Below are positions 33,272 to 46,384 of a stretch of 57,609 nucleotides of DNA, piece by piece; within the stretch, counting starts at the first letter, position 1, and every line of letters begins with the position of its first letter. Under the pieces are notes generated by a model that ran no database searches, had not been told where the DNA came from, and saw only the letters and a list, made by a program, of their open reading frames with translations. The translations under genes were made by a program, and so were the position numbers. The DNA is from Carcharhinus longimanus (Eukaryota): assembly GCA_030264375.1 (NCBI GenBank), contig JASCQW010000162.1, positions 23,718,854-23,776,462 of the forward strand. The letters are read 5' to 3'.

Positions 33272-34453
33272 AGAGAATATACCTTGTCCTGTGGCCAATC
33301 ATTTTTTTTTTTGAAGAGAGCCCATTGTTTGGTTACATTTTTTCCCTCCAGCTTTTTGTTCCTGCCTATCTGGTCCAGCTCAATTCTTGCTCCATTGAAG
33401 TCAGCTATCCCCTAGTTCATTATTCTTATCTAAATAGTCATTATATTTTTAGCCACAGTTTGCTTGTATCACAGGCTCAGGAAACACGGTAACTGAAACA
33501 GGGATGAGAAGGCCTGCATCCATGAGATAAGTGTTTTTACAGCACTGCCTATTCACCAGGACTAACATTCAGCCATATTTGCCATGTGGTCTGTTTGCTA
33601 ACAACCCCATCTGAGCCCACAGTCCTCTGCAGTCCAGACCACCAGACCTCCTGGCCCGATAATTGGGACCTCTCCTCCCTGCGCAAACCTGCCATAACTT
33701 TCTTATTCCCTTAATACCTGCTGTCATATCTTTCAGCTCTATGAAGTAGCTTCCAGCCAGAAGCCGCTCCCGATTGTCTAACAGCCTGTCTGTTATGGAA
33801 ACCCCACTTAAAGGAGCTCTGTGGTTAAATTCTGTAGGATTTTCAGGAAACCTGTTCTAACCCACTTCAACAACTGGACAACCCCTGCACTGAACTCATC
33901 TCCAGGTTATTAACCAGGCCCTTCTGTGACTGAAAGTGTGGTTCTGTGGAACTCCATTTATCTCTGACCCTGCCCGTTTTTCTCACTTGATCTTTCTCTT
34001 TGTACCATTGCTAGAGTGTGGCTCAGTTATTGATATGTTCTTGCACTTAGTGAAACCAGTTGCTTTTGGAAGGAATCCAAATCTCATTTTAACAAGAGTG
34101 GATTTTTCTTTGTATAATAATTAATTAGAGATGTGCTGGTAACATTTCCAGGTTATCCAGATTTTTTCAAGCTTCAGCATATGCCTTTCTTTAATCACTT
34201 CAGACAAATTTATGATCGTGTCCACTGAGGTTTACTGTAATTGATTCAGAGATCTATTTCTACAATGGCTTTTCTCTACACTCATGAATGCCAAGCTCCA
34301 ATCAAGGTGACTGGTTTTCATAGTCTTGGGAATTATCTTTCTGTTTGATTAAATTTTGAAGAAAATGGCTGCAGAATTAGGCCTCATAATTAGGTTTCGG
34401 ATCAGCAATAATTTATATCTGGGACTTAAAGTTGGCCTTTCTATGCCTTTTAG

Positions 34454-34592
34454 CTTTGACAAAGGATCATCTGGACTCTATCAGTTCTTTTCTCTCCTTA
34501 CAGATTCTGCCAGACCTGCTGAGATTTTTCAGCATTTTCTCTTTTGGTTTCAGATTCCAGATTCCAGCATCCATAGTAAGTTGCTTTTTTTT
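34454..34592 (+). mobile_element. Penelope-like pseudo-LTR fragment
   Basis: tttgacaaaggatcatctggactc...cagattctgccagacctgctgagatttttcagcattttctcttttggtttcagattccag; reverse complement of 3754-3875. Confidence 0.75.
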
Positions 34593-35139
34593 TAGAGTTG
34601 GCCTTGGAGGGATGGATTTTTTGCTAATGAAACAGGAAGCTTGAATCCAGATATTTCCCAACTCAGCAGAGCCATCTCCTTATAAATAGCCCTGAAATAC
34701 TCTATTTCATTCTGGTGGCGGGGAGGAGAATGGAGTCAGACCTGCCAACCCTGAAGCAGTTTGAATGTGGTGACCACAGAAGTGGGTCAGTGCAAGGTGA
34801 ATTGGTCAGAAGACCCACCTCGGATCTCTGGGACTTTGTCCCTGTTCTTTGCTGGCTGTTACACCTCTAGCCCTCATCCCATCTGAAAAAACGGATGCTT
34901 GGCCATCTATTTCTGGTGACAGTTCCCAGATGCCCTCATTATAAATGCTTAGCTAAACTCAAACTACGTTAATGGGTTAGCTCAACAAGGATCTGTTTAC
35001 AAGTTGAGGGGGAGTGTTAGATTTGATTGACATCTTTGAGATTTTAATACGTTGTTATTTGTTTCTTTTTTTTTAAGTATTTCTGTTTGGACACGATGAA
35101 GGAGTGTGAAGTGAAGTCAAGTTTCTGTTAAAAATACTC

Positions 35140-35560
35140 CGAGCTGAATTTTTGATCCCGAGTTTTATGTGCAGAGTTAGGAAATTTCCTGACTCTGCAA
35201 ACCTGCGTCAGTAGGAACTTCCTCAAACAGTGTGGAAACGGTCTCGAGGGCTGCCGAATGCCAAGGTTGGCTAGTTAAAAAGCCTGCATTTTACTCTGAG
35301 ATGTCGTCGCACTTGTAATTAAAAATGATAAGACACATTAGCCATCACCCCATACTTTCCCCCTGAACCATGCATGCCATCTAATGCTCCCACCCATATT
35401 CGTGGCCTCTGTACCCTCCTTGCCAATCCATACATCCTATTCACCAATGGCCTGACATTTCCTGTGTCCCCCTTTCTTCTTCTACTCATGCCCAATGGCC
35501 CCTCATGCTCTCCATGCAAACACATGCCACTCACTCATCCCCAAGATCCTTTATAATTCC
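35140..35560 (+). mobile_element. Non-autonomous DNA transposon remnant (Harbinger-like)
   Basis: Starts gagctgaatttt, shares a block with 23220, retains CpGs, then a ccatgc/ccc-rich tract. Confidence 0.45.
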
Positions 35561-37364
35561 TATACCAATTAATTGAATACATTTAAATCCCTTCAAGTAC
35601 TTAATCCATTATTAAAACAAACTTGTATTCATTGTCCCACGTTAGCAGTACTAATACTTTTAACACCGCTTATAAACTGTAAACTTACAAACTCATAATT
35701 GTGATAATGGTAGATAATGGAAGCATTCAAGCAACATTAATATAATGATAACCCTAAGGCTTATTTGAACAAACATGCAACGTATTGAAGTTGCAAGCAC
35801 CAATTTTTTTCAACAGCAGGCCTCTTTCAGAATTAAAAGAGCAGGGATTTAAAATAACATGACAGCTTAACTGTTCTACAGACCCCTATCCACTTTCTAT
35901 GCAAATTCATGTTAAACCCAATTTTACTAACAATTCCAAATCACCTGAACTCAAAGGACAGCTGACCACAACAAGAACTCTGGCAGGCTTGGATCATTTC
36001 CTCCAATCCTTAATGCCACAGGCCATGTTTTGGATGTTCCAGTGATAAAAATTGCTTCAGAATGAAGGCTGAAGAACTTTTAAATCTATCTATCTCCATG
36101 AACCTCGAATGTGTAAACTACATTCTACCAACTGTCCCCTCCACCGCCGCCACCTGATGAAAATGGTGGCCACTGGATATGGGGGAGTGGCATCTGGATT
36201 TGGGGTCTCGGGTACCATTTTGGCTAAGACACTGAGCCCTTACACCTTAGCAGAAACTCGGATCAATGAATAGCAGCTTGAATGTCATTCAAGGTTGTGA
36301 AAGCAATGGCTTTTTTAAAGCAAATTTCTGAATGTGTTTTTTCATGAACATTTTAATATTTGCCATTGATATTACATGGCTCATTTGTTCTGTACATCAT
36401 GCATACAGGGTGAGGGGATTTGGAGTTAGCAAGGAAAACATGGAAGAGGCATTGGTAAGACCTTTTAGTACATACAGTTCAAAAGGTTCCTGAATCCAGA
36501 CTATGGTCCATGATTTCCCTGAGGGGTCGTGAACCATGGGTCTTCAAGAAACTGGCCCAGTTCCATGAAAGTTACAGGGGCAGGGCAGAGGAGAGAGCGT
36601 TGGGTGGTGGTGCTGGATTATGGGATACCTACCCTGCAATCAAACAGACCAGGTTGGGCGTGCATGGTGTAGGAAGTGTTTGTAATCTGCACTCTTATCC
36701 GTCCACGCCAGTGAAAATTGCCAGCGCTGGAGTGGAAATCTAGGAATCAAGTCCCACCTGCCATTCCTAGAGTGTCCTGGAGTAGGCCTGACTCTTCAAA
36801 TATCCTGCCCCTTGTTTTTTTTTTCTTTTGAAGACTGTTCATCAGTTAACAAGCTGACTATAAAGTCCCATTGTATTAGTACAGCCTTTCCTGCTCTGAG
36901 TGTTCATTTTTTTTTCAGTCCTGATGTTACTGTTCCCATTCCCAAATTGCATGGCTTCTGACTCTTGTAGTTCAGTGGCAGCTTGGTGGTTGTGGAGAGG
37001 TTGGCTACTTCAGCTTTCTGTTCCCTGTTCCAGCTCCTGTTCTACTGCCTTGTTCCCTCCTTCTCCAAGTACTGTAGGTTTTTAGATCAAGTGGCTTGAA
37101 TATTTTTATCTAAAAATTATTGCTGGCACATAAGATATAAATATTAATAGACAATNNNNNNNNNNNNNNNNNNNNNNNNNNNNNNNNNNNNNNNNNNNNN
37201 NNNNNNNNNNNNNNNNNNNNNNNNNNNNNNNNNNNNNNNNNNNNNNNNNNNNNNNAATAGACAATTCCATAATACACCAAAAGGAGTGACTCTATTTGCA
37301 GAATCTATATTCTCTTCCTTGAAAGTTTTGTTGGCCATAAGCTGTTGCAGATTTTCACAACCTT

Positions 37365-38337
37365 GGCAGGAATTCTCCCAAAAAAATTCTAATTGTTGAA
37401 TTTGCAAGAAGGCTGGAGCAATTCATGTTGTTTCTTTTCAGTGGGAGTCCACACTAGTATCTCCCACACTGTGTGCCACTCAGAGGCCACCACCATGAGT
37501 ATCATTAGATTTCAAGGAGCGGGACCTATTCACGTAGGAGAGACTGAAAGCAGCAGGCCCCTGCACATGAGCAGTGCCCCAAAGTGTCAGCCTTTCGTTT
37601 ACTAGCCAGCTCAATTGCTGGCTAACCCAGGACCCCCACAGGGTTGTCCCCCCAAACTAGCAATGACAATCCCCCCAACTCCTTGCAGGCAGACTCCCTC
37701 CTCCCCACACAACTTGCCCTGGTCATTGGCCACCCTCCAGCCCCCATCGATTGCAATGGCAGAGTGGCAGCGGGACCCCCCCACCCCCACTGAAGGCCCC
37801 CGGTAGACCCTGCTGTAATAGGCCCTGCCCCCTTNNNNNNNNNNNNNNNNNNNNNNNNNNNNNNNNNNNNNNNNNNNNNNNNNNNNNNNNNNNNNNNNNN
37901 NNNNNNNNNNNNNNNNNNNNNTGCCAGAGTGTCCATGCCCAGGGGCACACCCCACCACTCAACCTCCCGGGGGGGTGGGGTGCTCTTGATTGCACCCACT
38001 TCACTCCGTGAGGTTAGGCCACTGGTTCCCTGTTAGTGGATAACTAGTGTAATCCCTGCTGGAGTGAAACACTCTGGCAGGGTGGGAGATGCTAGCAGGC
38101 CCAGAGAATTCAGTCCTGGGCCCACTCGTAGCATTGAAATGGTATGTAAAATCCTATTTAAATGATAGCTGCGCCTCTCAGCCAATAGCCAGCGTGCAGA
38201 TGCCACTGGAATCCTGGGCCTGGGAGATGCAACCATGGCACGAACGCTCATGGGAACTCCACACATTGGTGGATAGGCGATTCTCCTGGCCCGCTGCACT
38301 AAAAAAGTTAGCGCAGCGGTTTGGGAGAATCGCAGCC
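37365..38337. mobile_element. PIF/Harbinger-like non-autonomous DNA transposon, about 970 nt
   Basis: Imperfect TIRs ggcaggaattctcccaaa / tttgggagaatcgcagcc, CTT on both flanks (3-bp TSD), GC-rich interior and a subterminal hairpin at 38280-38330. Confidence 0.7.
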
Positions 38338-40074
38338 CTTGTCTATGGTGAAATCAATGAAAGTCTTGATTAATGCATTACCATTGGGATCGAGTGGAGA
38401 GCCATTCCCCCGACTTGCCCCTCTGGTCTGTTTACAAGTGTATGGCTTGATATTTATTACAGAAATATTATCATTTGAATGTGGTAACAACGGTTTGATG
38501 AAAATTAGACATCTGACAATTGGTTCCTTAAAGAATAAAAGGCAGTTGCCATCAGATCTTTACTGTTAAAAGCAGTGTCCCTTTAAATGGCATGGTTTCC
38601 TGGAGAATGCGCACTGAGATTTTCTCCATTTCTGACTGATTGCACTGGGGATTTATACAAGAAACCGCAGGTTAGCCGTTTTCAGCTCTAACTGCAGGAC
38701 TGAGTACAACGCTGCTTTATCCTGTATGCTCCTGTGCTGGTTGGACAGGGGGTGTGGAAGTGAGGAGGGGGGGTGGGGAGGAGATTGGCGGTATGTGAGG
38801 AGGCGTGGAGAATTGCCTTGTTAAACCATCAGCTGAGGGGCCCACAGGAAATGAACTCTCCATCCTCCAGTTAATATTGACCTCCTGGCTTTTGTCCAAG
38901 TTGTGTTGCAGTTGACTAGCAAAGCAGCACAGTTTTACCATTCAGTACTCGGTCGACTCCTACAGCGTATGGCAGCTTTGAGACGAATGTTATTGGAGAA
39001 CGCTGCTATTTATTCCATCGACAAGAAATCACTTGAGCCATAAACAGTGAATATGCAAAACGAGTTCTACTTTTTATAATTTAAAGAAAACAAAATGTTG
39101 GGATGTAGGATTGTGCCCCTGAGAAAAAGCGTCAGTTTTCCTAAGTCATGGGAAGTTGAGGATTTTTTACTCCAGGGAGAGTGAAATGGATAAGTTGGAA
39201 TTCTGGACTTGCTTAAAGAGAGAACATTATAAACTTGATAACCTAAGAAACTAAGGGAAACAGAACACGGCACAGGCATGCGTCGCTTTGACAAACTGAA
39301 GAGATCCTTTCCTTTTCTGGCACGTTTTCATGTTTATAAAGTAAGTTGGGTGGTGTTTATGATTTATTACTAGTTATTAGTAAAAGAACAGTATTTGTTG
39401 ACGGACCTAGATTTATAAAGTGGAAATGTGCATTTTTCCTAAGACTGTTGAGTATCGAAGAGAATTTACTGATGCTGCACATACACCTGACATGAGTGAA
39501 TATGAGTGCACAGAGCATGTAAAGGTTCAGTATCCCACACCTGGATATATACTAATTTGCTATATACTGTTAATGCATTACCATAAAATATCACTGCAAC
39601 GTGTGCAGGTACCTCTGCCCGCCGAATGCAAATTTTTCTGGTCACCAACGCAAGTATAAGATAGTCTTCTGTGTCTTGCAGTTACACTGACACTTTCATA
39701 TATGTTAGTAATCAAAGGAAATTATATCCCTTAGTGTCATAAAAGTCCCCACAGCAGCTGCATGACATTCTGTGGGCTTGGTTCAGAAGTTACAACAAAG
39801 AGTGATTTAAAAAAAATGCTTCAATTCTTTTGATTATTTTCTGTAAGGTTGTTTACCAGTTAATCCTAGCTGATTTTTCCTTAGATAATTTCCTTAGAAG
39901 CAACTTGAAATATTTAAAATGTGAACATTTCTTGTAAGTATAATCAACTTGAGCAGCTGATCTCATCAGAGCTGGAATACTGATTTGATACAAAAACATT
40001 TCAGCAATCAATTAATTGGTCTGATCATGTTTCAACAATTTTCTTCTGGGATAAGCTGGTTCCGGTTCAAATGA

Positions 40075-40260
40075 AAAAAGCATCAACTGCTGGAAATCTG
40101 AAACAAAGGCACAGAATGTTGGAAATAGACAGCAGGATTGTCCTCCTTTTAAAAGAAACAACAACTAAATATTTCATTTATCCAGTCAGATCTATATCTG
40201 AAACTTCTGTCTTCTCTTTTCAGATGCTGATGAACTTGTTCGGAGTTTGCAGGCTTTGAG
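40075..40260. mobile_element. Old Penelope pseudo-LTR pair in inverted arrangement
   Basis: tgctggaaatctgaaacaaaggcacagaatgttggaaata..cagcagg followed by ctgaaacttctgtcttctcttttcagatgctgatgaacttg. Confidence 0.55.
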
Positions 40261-40576
40261 CTCCAGTTTATCTCCTTTCAATTCTTTTGCCCTCTCCTCA
40301 GGCATTTTAGCCAGGAACGAATTCTGTCCTGTGCTCACTCAAACTGCACACAAGTCCTTTCCAAAAGTATGCACTAAATAATCAGGAATAGAGCTTCTGC
40401 CTAATGTTTACCTTTCCCTTGCTAACTTACTAAGTGTATACTAATGTAATTGTCTGTATCAACAGTGTCAGCAAGCTACCTCGCCTGCCCTGGATTATAC
40501 TGGAAAATGGCAAGCGTGTTGCCCACAATTTTCCATCCTTTGACTGTGATTTTCTGTCTTTGTGCCCAAAATTTTC

Positions 40577-40748
40577 CCTTTATTGGCCAGGACATTGAGG
40601 ACAAGAGTTAAGAAATCATGTTGCAGCTATATAAAATCTTGGTTAGGCCACATTTGGTATATTGCGTGCAGTTCTGGTTGCTACACTACCAGAAGGACGT
40701 GGAAGCTTTGAAGAGAGTGGAAAAAAAAGGCTCACCAAGATGCACACT
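40577..40748 (+). mobile_element. CR1 LINE ORF2 fragment
   Basis: MLQLYKILVRPHLVYCVQFWLLHYQKDVEALKRVEKK. Confidence 0.92.
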
Positions 40749-41084
40749 GGTGGCAAGTAAGGCTACTTGTTGCAAACTTAGAAAAAGCAACCCTGTGTTA
40801 CCTTGCAGTGTGTAAATCATAAAATAGATGAAAAATGTGGAAGACAGAGAAATATGTTTTGTGCCAAGTATTCTCCCATTGCTTATTTGGGGGTTTGGTA
40901 GGGGGGAGGGAACACTATCATATTAATTGACTTTTAAAAATATCAGTATGATTTTTATCAGTGGACCTGGTGGAGATCTACTTCATGAGATCCCCCACTA
41001 TGATAGTGTTCCTGGTATGGAGATGCTCCAGGATGGTTTTATTATGATATTGGCCACTGCTTTCTTTGTAATCTCATCCAGCCC

Positions 41085-41382
41085 TTTTCAGGATATCTGT
41101 ACTTCTCCAATTCCAGCCTCATGAGCATCTCTGAAGTGAATCATCTCACCAGTGGTAACTGCCTTCAACTGTCAATGCTCCAAAACTCTGGAATTTCCTC
41201 TTTTAAACCATTCCATCTCTCTACCTGACTTTCCTCCTTTAAGATGCTCATTAAAACCTACTCTTTGGACCAAGATTCTGATCATTTGTCTCAATATCTT
41301 CTTGTATGGCTAGGTGCCATTTTGTTAGATATCGCTGTTGTGAAGCATATTGGAAAGGTGCTACACTAAACAAAAGTTGTTC
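41085..41382 (+). mobile_element. L2 LINE 3' end
   Basis: gccttcaactgtcaatgctccaaaactctggaatttcctc...cctttaagatgctcattaaaacctactctttggaccaag...gtgctacactaaacaaaagttgtt; aligns with 53580-53836. Confidence 0.85.
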
Positions 41383-44300
41383 CTATGAATCAATCTAAAA
41401 CTATCTGACCCCACCACCAGCTAGGTTTGCAGGTTGCAGTTGTGCTGCTAATGGTTTATAGAGTAACTCAGTCGTTGGCGGATGAGGACAGTGGGATCAT
41501 GTGATACAAATGCAGTGACATCTGGGTTGCAGATGATGTGGGTGATGACTTCGCAAAAAGGAATGGAAAGGAAAGCTGTAGAGCAAGCAGATTAGAGCAA
41601 AGCAGAGTTTTGGAGGAAATCAAACAGTGTGATGCAGGTGTGGAACAGATGGGCGGAAGTGTATAAAAAGAACAACCTTTGAGGCAGTCATTGGACTGGA
41701 AGAGAATAAGAATAGCAAGAAGCAGGCTGTTGCATCTGTCTGGATTTGAAAGGAATTTTTGCAGCTTTTAGATGGTTAATTTCTTTGTTTGAGGAATGGA
41801 ACAATGATGTGTGCACAGTTTTAGGATTGCTTCTCACTGCAGCATGAGTATAAAATGATTACAGTGGGAAAAAACCCCAGAGAGCACAAACTTTGCATCA
41901 ATCTTATTCATATCGAAACATTGATGAAGTGTGAGTGACAGTGCTATATTATGCCATTAGTTGCATTTAGTTCTTAATAATTACACTAAGCTTTGGCATG
42001 TTTAGGTATAGCTTGGGTCAGATCCCAAGTTCCTTTATTCCTTTATGTTGTGCTTATATGTGTCCGATAAGGACCAGGCATGCTTTTGTCTGAGGGCTAT
42101 TTTTAAAATGGCAAATGTGAGATGAAAAGGGGGAGAACAGCAAATTACAATAATTTAACGCCTTCACCTTTTTGAATCAATAAGAGTAATAAATCCCTTA
42201 GAATTGCTCATTATTGTGGAAGAGGATGTTGTATGAAATCAATGTATTTGTTTTGTTGGGATGATTCTTCTGCCAGCTTTCCTTGGGTGTCCTGTCTCTG
42301 ATTGAGGTTGCAGCTGTTGCAAATGTTGTTTTTTCACACTGGGTAGATGAAATTCTTGTACCTTACCAATCTGGCATGATGGACCTTCATATTCCTGTGG
42401 AGAGAGTCAGCACTGCTGTGCAGCTTGCGTCCCAGTGCTTCCACGTCATTCACATCTCAATTAAACATTAGTAAAGATGCTTTTTGTGTATATTTTTGAC
42501 TAGTTAAAATACTGTTAAATATAAGAGGTCATAATTTTCTCGTGGGGGGCGGTTTGCGGGATATTGTATTTCAAGTGCAAATTTTTTGAACCTAGATCGC
42601 TTTATTCTGAACTGTGAACCTGATGTGCACTCTTTGCCTTGCACCCTCACCCTTCACACACACACCCACTGCTGTGTGACATTTCATTTCCTGTATACTG
42701 TATGCTCAGGTTCTGTCCAGTGAAAATTGTCAAATTCATGCTATTTGTGCCTCATTTAAAAGCTTTGTGCTGCAGAATGCTCACTTTGGACCGGTAACAA
42801 GCCGACAAATTGTATGGCTAAATTTGAAGCTATGTCTTGCCTCTAACAGAGTTGTTCCAAAATCTACTGTTTCTCTTCAGTCTATTTTTTCCTGCTATGA
42901 CTGGACTACCAGTCAGAATGAAAACACAATCTTTCAATTGGTGCAAGCATGTACTTCTGAATATAGATGTTTGCTTTTGGTCTTGTGCACTGTGCGTTTT
43001 TCCTAGCTATGAAGGTGAGGCTGTTCCACAGCACTCATTTTACACATATTTCCTTCAGTCAGCAATTTCTGTGATTATAGTAATGAGCAATACCAGAGAT
43101 ACTGGGCGTTTAAGCAGCCTTGTGGGTGTTGGGGCGGTGTTGGGAAAAATACATATGACATTGTAGAAGACGGACTGATTCATCAATCTGATTGCACACG
43201 CACGATGGTTNNNNNNNNNNNNNNCCCCCCCCCCCCCCCCCCCCACCCCCACTCCCGCACAGCACCCACTCTCCCTGTATGTAATCCTGTTGCAGGAAAA
43301 TAAAAAAAAGTACAATAAGTGAAAAAATGCTCTGGAAAATTCTCCCCGATTCTTCTTTCATGCAACCAAAAGCATATGATGCAATCTGTAGATTTGCCTT
43401 CCAGTTCAGAACTGGAGCATGACAGACATCTGTTCTGAGTGTTTCAAGCACAGTAAAAAATGTGGTTGAGTGCGCCAGCAGCCAGTGATGTTCTGTTTTG
43501 TTAACCAGCTGCATAATAAAAAATATTTAGCCAGAGGAGGCGTTGAATCGCCCACTTCAAGAGATGATTGCTTGTGACCACTCTGTTTCCTGCTGGGCAG
43601 ACTGTAATTGGCACAGTATCGTTTATTCTGTACCGTTGTTTGTGCAGAGTGAGTGTCTTGAAGATAACAAACTTACTTGATGCTCACAAAATCAAATTTA
43701 TTTGTCTGGTGTGAAATATGCCACATAGAGCACAACTCCTTTTAAAGCCATTTATGAACAGTGACAGTACTGTGCTTTTGTAGAGAAAACACTTAACTCC
43801 CAGCTGCATCATTCATACTTCAAGATGGCCTGTACAAAAGTGGATTATGTTCTTGCAAATTCAGTGCCTCATATTTAAAAGCTGAATTATAAAGAAAGAT
43901 GAAATCCTAGTGTTTGCACTCTTACAAACTGATTTTCTTTACAGCTCTGGCTTGATCTATTCTTAGTGGCTAAAACTCATGTTGTGCAGTCACCGCAATG
44001 GAGCTTTTAACAAATTAGTGCATCTGAATTTAGAATGGCTTTTTCACTCATTCATAATCATTGTAGTGTTGTAAAAAATTGTTTTATTTCATGCACAAAT
44101 GCTAACTGTGGTTGAGCCCTCTAACACAAGTTATTGTCTGAAAAGGTTATGGGACAGACAGTGAGTGTACTACAGGATAAGAACATTGCATATTTAATTT
44201 TATATACTTTTGATGATGGGAATAGGTTATTTATTTATAATTTACAGCTTATAAGGTGCTGGTAGTATTTGTTTTAACATGTCCCTTGTGCAGCATTAAT

Positions 44301-45671
44301 TTAAATGGCAGGTAACTTTTGTGAGGGATGAAACCTATAACCTCATTGGATGATTTTATTAATTTGCCACTTACTTTCCTCAGGATTGCATTTTGCAATT
44401 GGGTGGGATGGCAGCAAAAAATTACTGTTGTCACCTGGCCCTGGGCTTCATTTCTCATCATTACACCCCAGTCTTCTAGACTGCTGTCTCTACTAATGAC
44501 TTCCTGTTTCCCACCTACTTAAATGTAAATACTAGTGGGAAGGGACAGGGTTCAGTTTCCTTAGTAGGCATTGCTCTCATTTTTCCTCTTGCCACTTTCA
44601 TTGTGAATTTTTGACGTGGATGAATGCCTTAAACAAAATGTTTTTATGTCTTAGTAGCCTGTATTGCAATTTTGCACCACTCCTTTTGTGATTGTGGCAA
44701 CAATTCAATTATACATACTTTGCCATGCAATGAATATAACACGTTATTTGGAGGCTTTGGTCAGCATGCTCGTCTATCCTTGTCAAATTTATAGTTAAAT
44801 GTTAAAATTGCATCTTCATAACAAAGTAGGATATTTTTTGATTGCCAGGTGAATAGAGCTTTTTGAGCTGAGATTTTAGTTCTTGCTCTGGATCACCAAC
44901 ATGAGCAGTGTGTGGAATTGGGACAATTTGGGGATCGTGGGGGTAGTGATGCAGTTTTTCCACACAACTCAAATGAAGTTCAGTAGCAGCTGAAGCATAA
45001 GTAGTGGTCCTGTAGAAACCCATAATCCCAAAGGAGTTGGTGTTACAGGTCAAATAGAATTGTTTTCTCTGTCATCTGTAATATTCAGCAGTATGGGTCT
45101 GCAAGGATCTCCAGGGTACTGCACGTATAATTAATCATTCTATTCTCATGCTTTCAGGTTGAATTTTAATCATTTTGTGAAATTGTATAAAGGACATCCC
45201 CTTCCTGTTTGCTTGGCTTTTGGCTTCATTTTGCAGGAAAGGCAGTTTGTTACAATCAATATAGTTATGTGGTTTGTGAAGGAATTTTTCATGACTGACA
45301 GAGTGCGTGTTATTTTCAGTCGCACCTTGCATGAAATTCTATTTAATGCATATTGAAAGGCTGGAATTTAAAATTCTTAAGCAATGCTATGCTTGTGTTG
45401 GCAATGATCAAGAGGAATATNNNNNNNNNNNNNNNNNNNNNNNNNNNNNNNNNNNNNNNNNNNNNNNNNNNNNNNNNNNNNNNNNNNNNNNNNNNNNNNN
45501 NNNNNNNNNNNNNNNNNNNNCAAGAGGAATATTGTGATCCTAGTGATTTTCAAATGGGTTAGAAAAATTCCACCTGACATATTTACAGTGTAGACCAGAA
45601 TGGCAACACAGTATACCACCAGTAGAACACAAATAGGTTTCAAGGGACAGTCTGCCTGACATCTTTTTCTA

Positions 45672-46062
45672 ACTCAGCTCAGTGGTCGCATTTTCACCAC
45701 TGAGTCAGACTGTTGTGTATTCAAACCTCGCTCCAGAGATTTGCACACATGATCTAGGCAGTGCGGTATATCGGAAATGATATCGTTTAGATGAAATTTT
45801 AAACCGAGGCTTTCTGCTCCCTTAAGTGCACATAAAATATCCTACAACGCTATTTAATGAAGAGCTGCAGTTGTCCTGATATTCTGGCCAAGATTTATTC
45901 CTAAATCAACACCTAAAACAAATTATATCAGTCTGACAGTGGGATATTTTGTGCACATATGATTCTTACATTACAATAGGGACCACTCTTTAAACTATTT
46001 ACTGGTTGTAAAGTGCTTTGCAATATCTGAAGTCAGGTATGGTATATAAATGTGAGCTTTTG
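45672..46062 (+). mobile_element. SacSINE1/DeuSINE-like SINE, near full length
   Basis: tRNA head gctcagtggtcgcattttcaccactgagtcaga..gtattcaaacc; Deu-domain-like ctggccaagatttattcctaaatcaacacctaaaacaaattat..gtggga..tgtgcaca..ttacattacaa; L2-like tail gttgtaaagtgctttg...tatataaatgtgag. Confidence 0.8.
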
Positions 46063-46384
46063 TTTACAAAATGTGAGCTTTTTTTTGTTAAAACAGCAAC
46101 TTTCATATTGTGATTGCTTCTCATCCCCTCCTATGACTAAATAAGTCTGTTAACATAGATGAAAGAAGTCTTAGTAAAACAATATTTAAACTAGAGTTGC
46201 ATGAAATTAAATGAAAAAAATCTCTGATCTGAGAGAATCCACCTCTTGCTCTTTGTGGTTTCTCATTGTATTTTATGTTTTTGACTGATGAAAGTGTAAT
46301 ATTGCAAATCCTTACTTTAGACATATTGGTTGGTTATGAAAGAGACTTGGTTTCACCCTAAATGTCATAATGGCAAGAAACCCG

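Larger units (their letters stand above)
30395..33440 (-). mobile_element. CR1 LINE, long decayed fragment hosting Rex1 and two HE1 insertions
   Basis: Tail cacagaatcaccagaagtgttacaatg..gaggtcatttggcc. Minus-strand motifs LYKTLV.P.LE, GVLQGLEL.PLVF.IYI..L, Y.Y..KA.D and PLFKKG....SNYRPVS.TPVVGKLLE. Confidence 0.88.

Noticed and set aside
40302-40367. Exon after strong acceptor ccctctcctcag
   Set aside because: Adjoins a pyrimidine-rich Penelope remnant and has only a weak donor.
42265-42410. RTE 3' fragments here and at about 54690-54915
   Set aside because: Only faint resemblance; too decayed to call without alignment.
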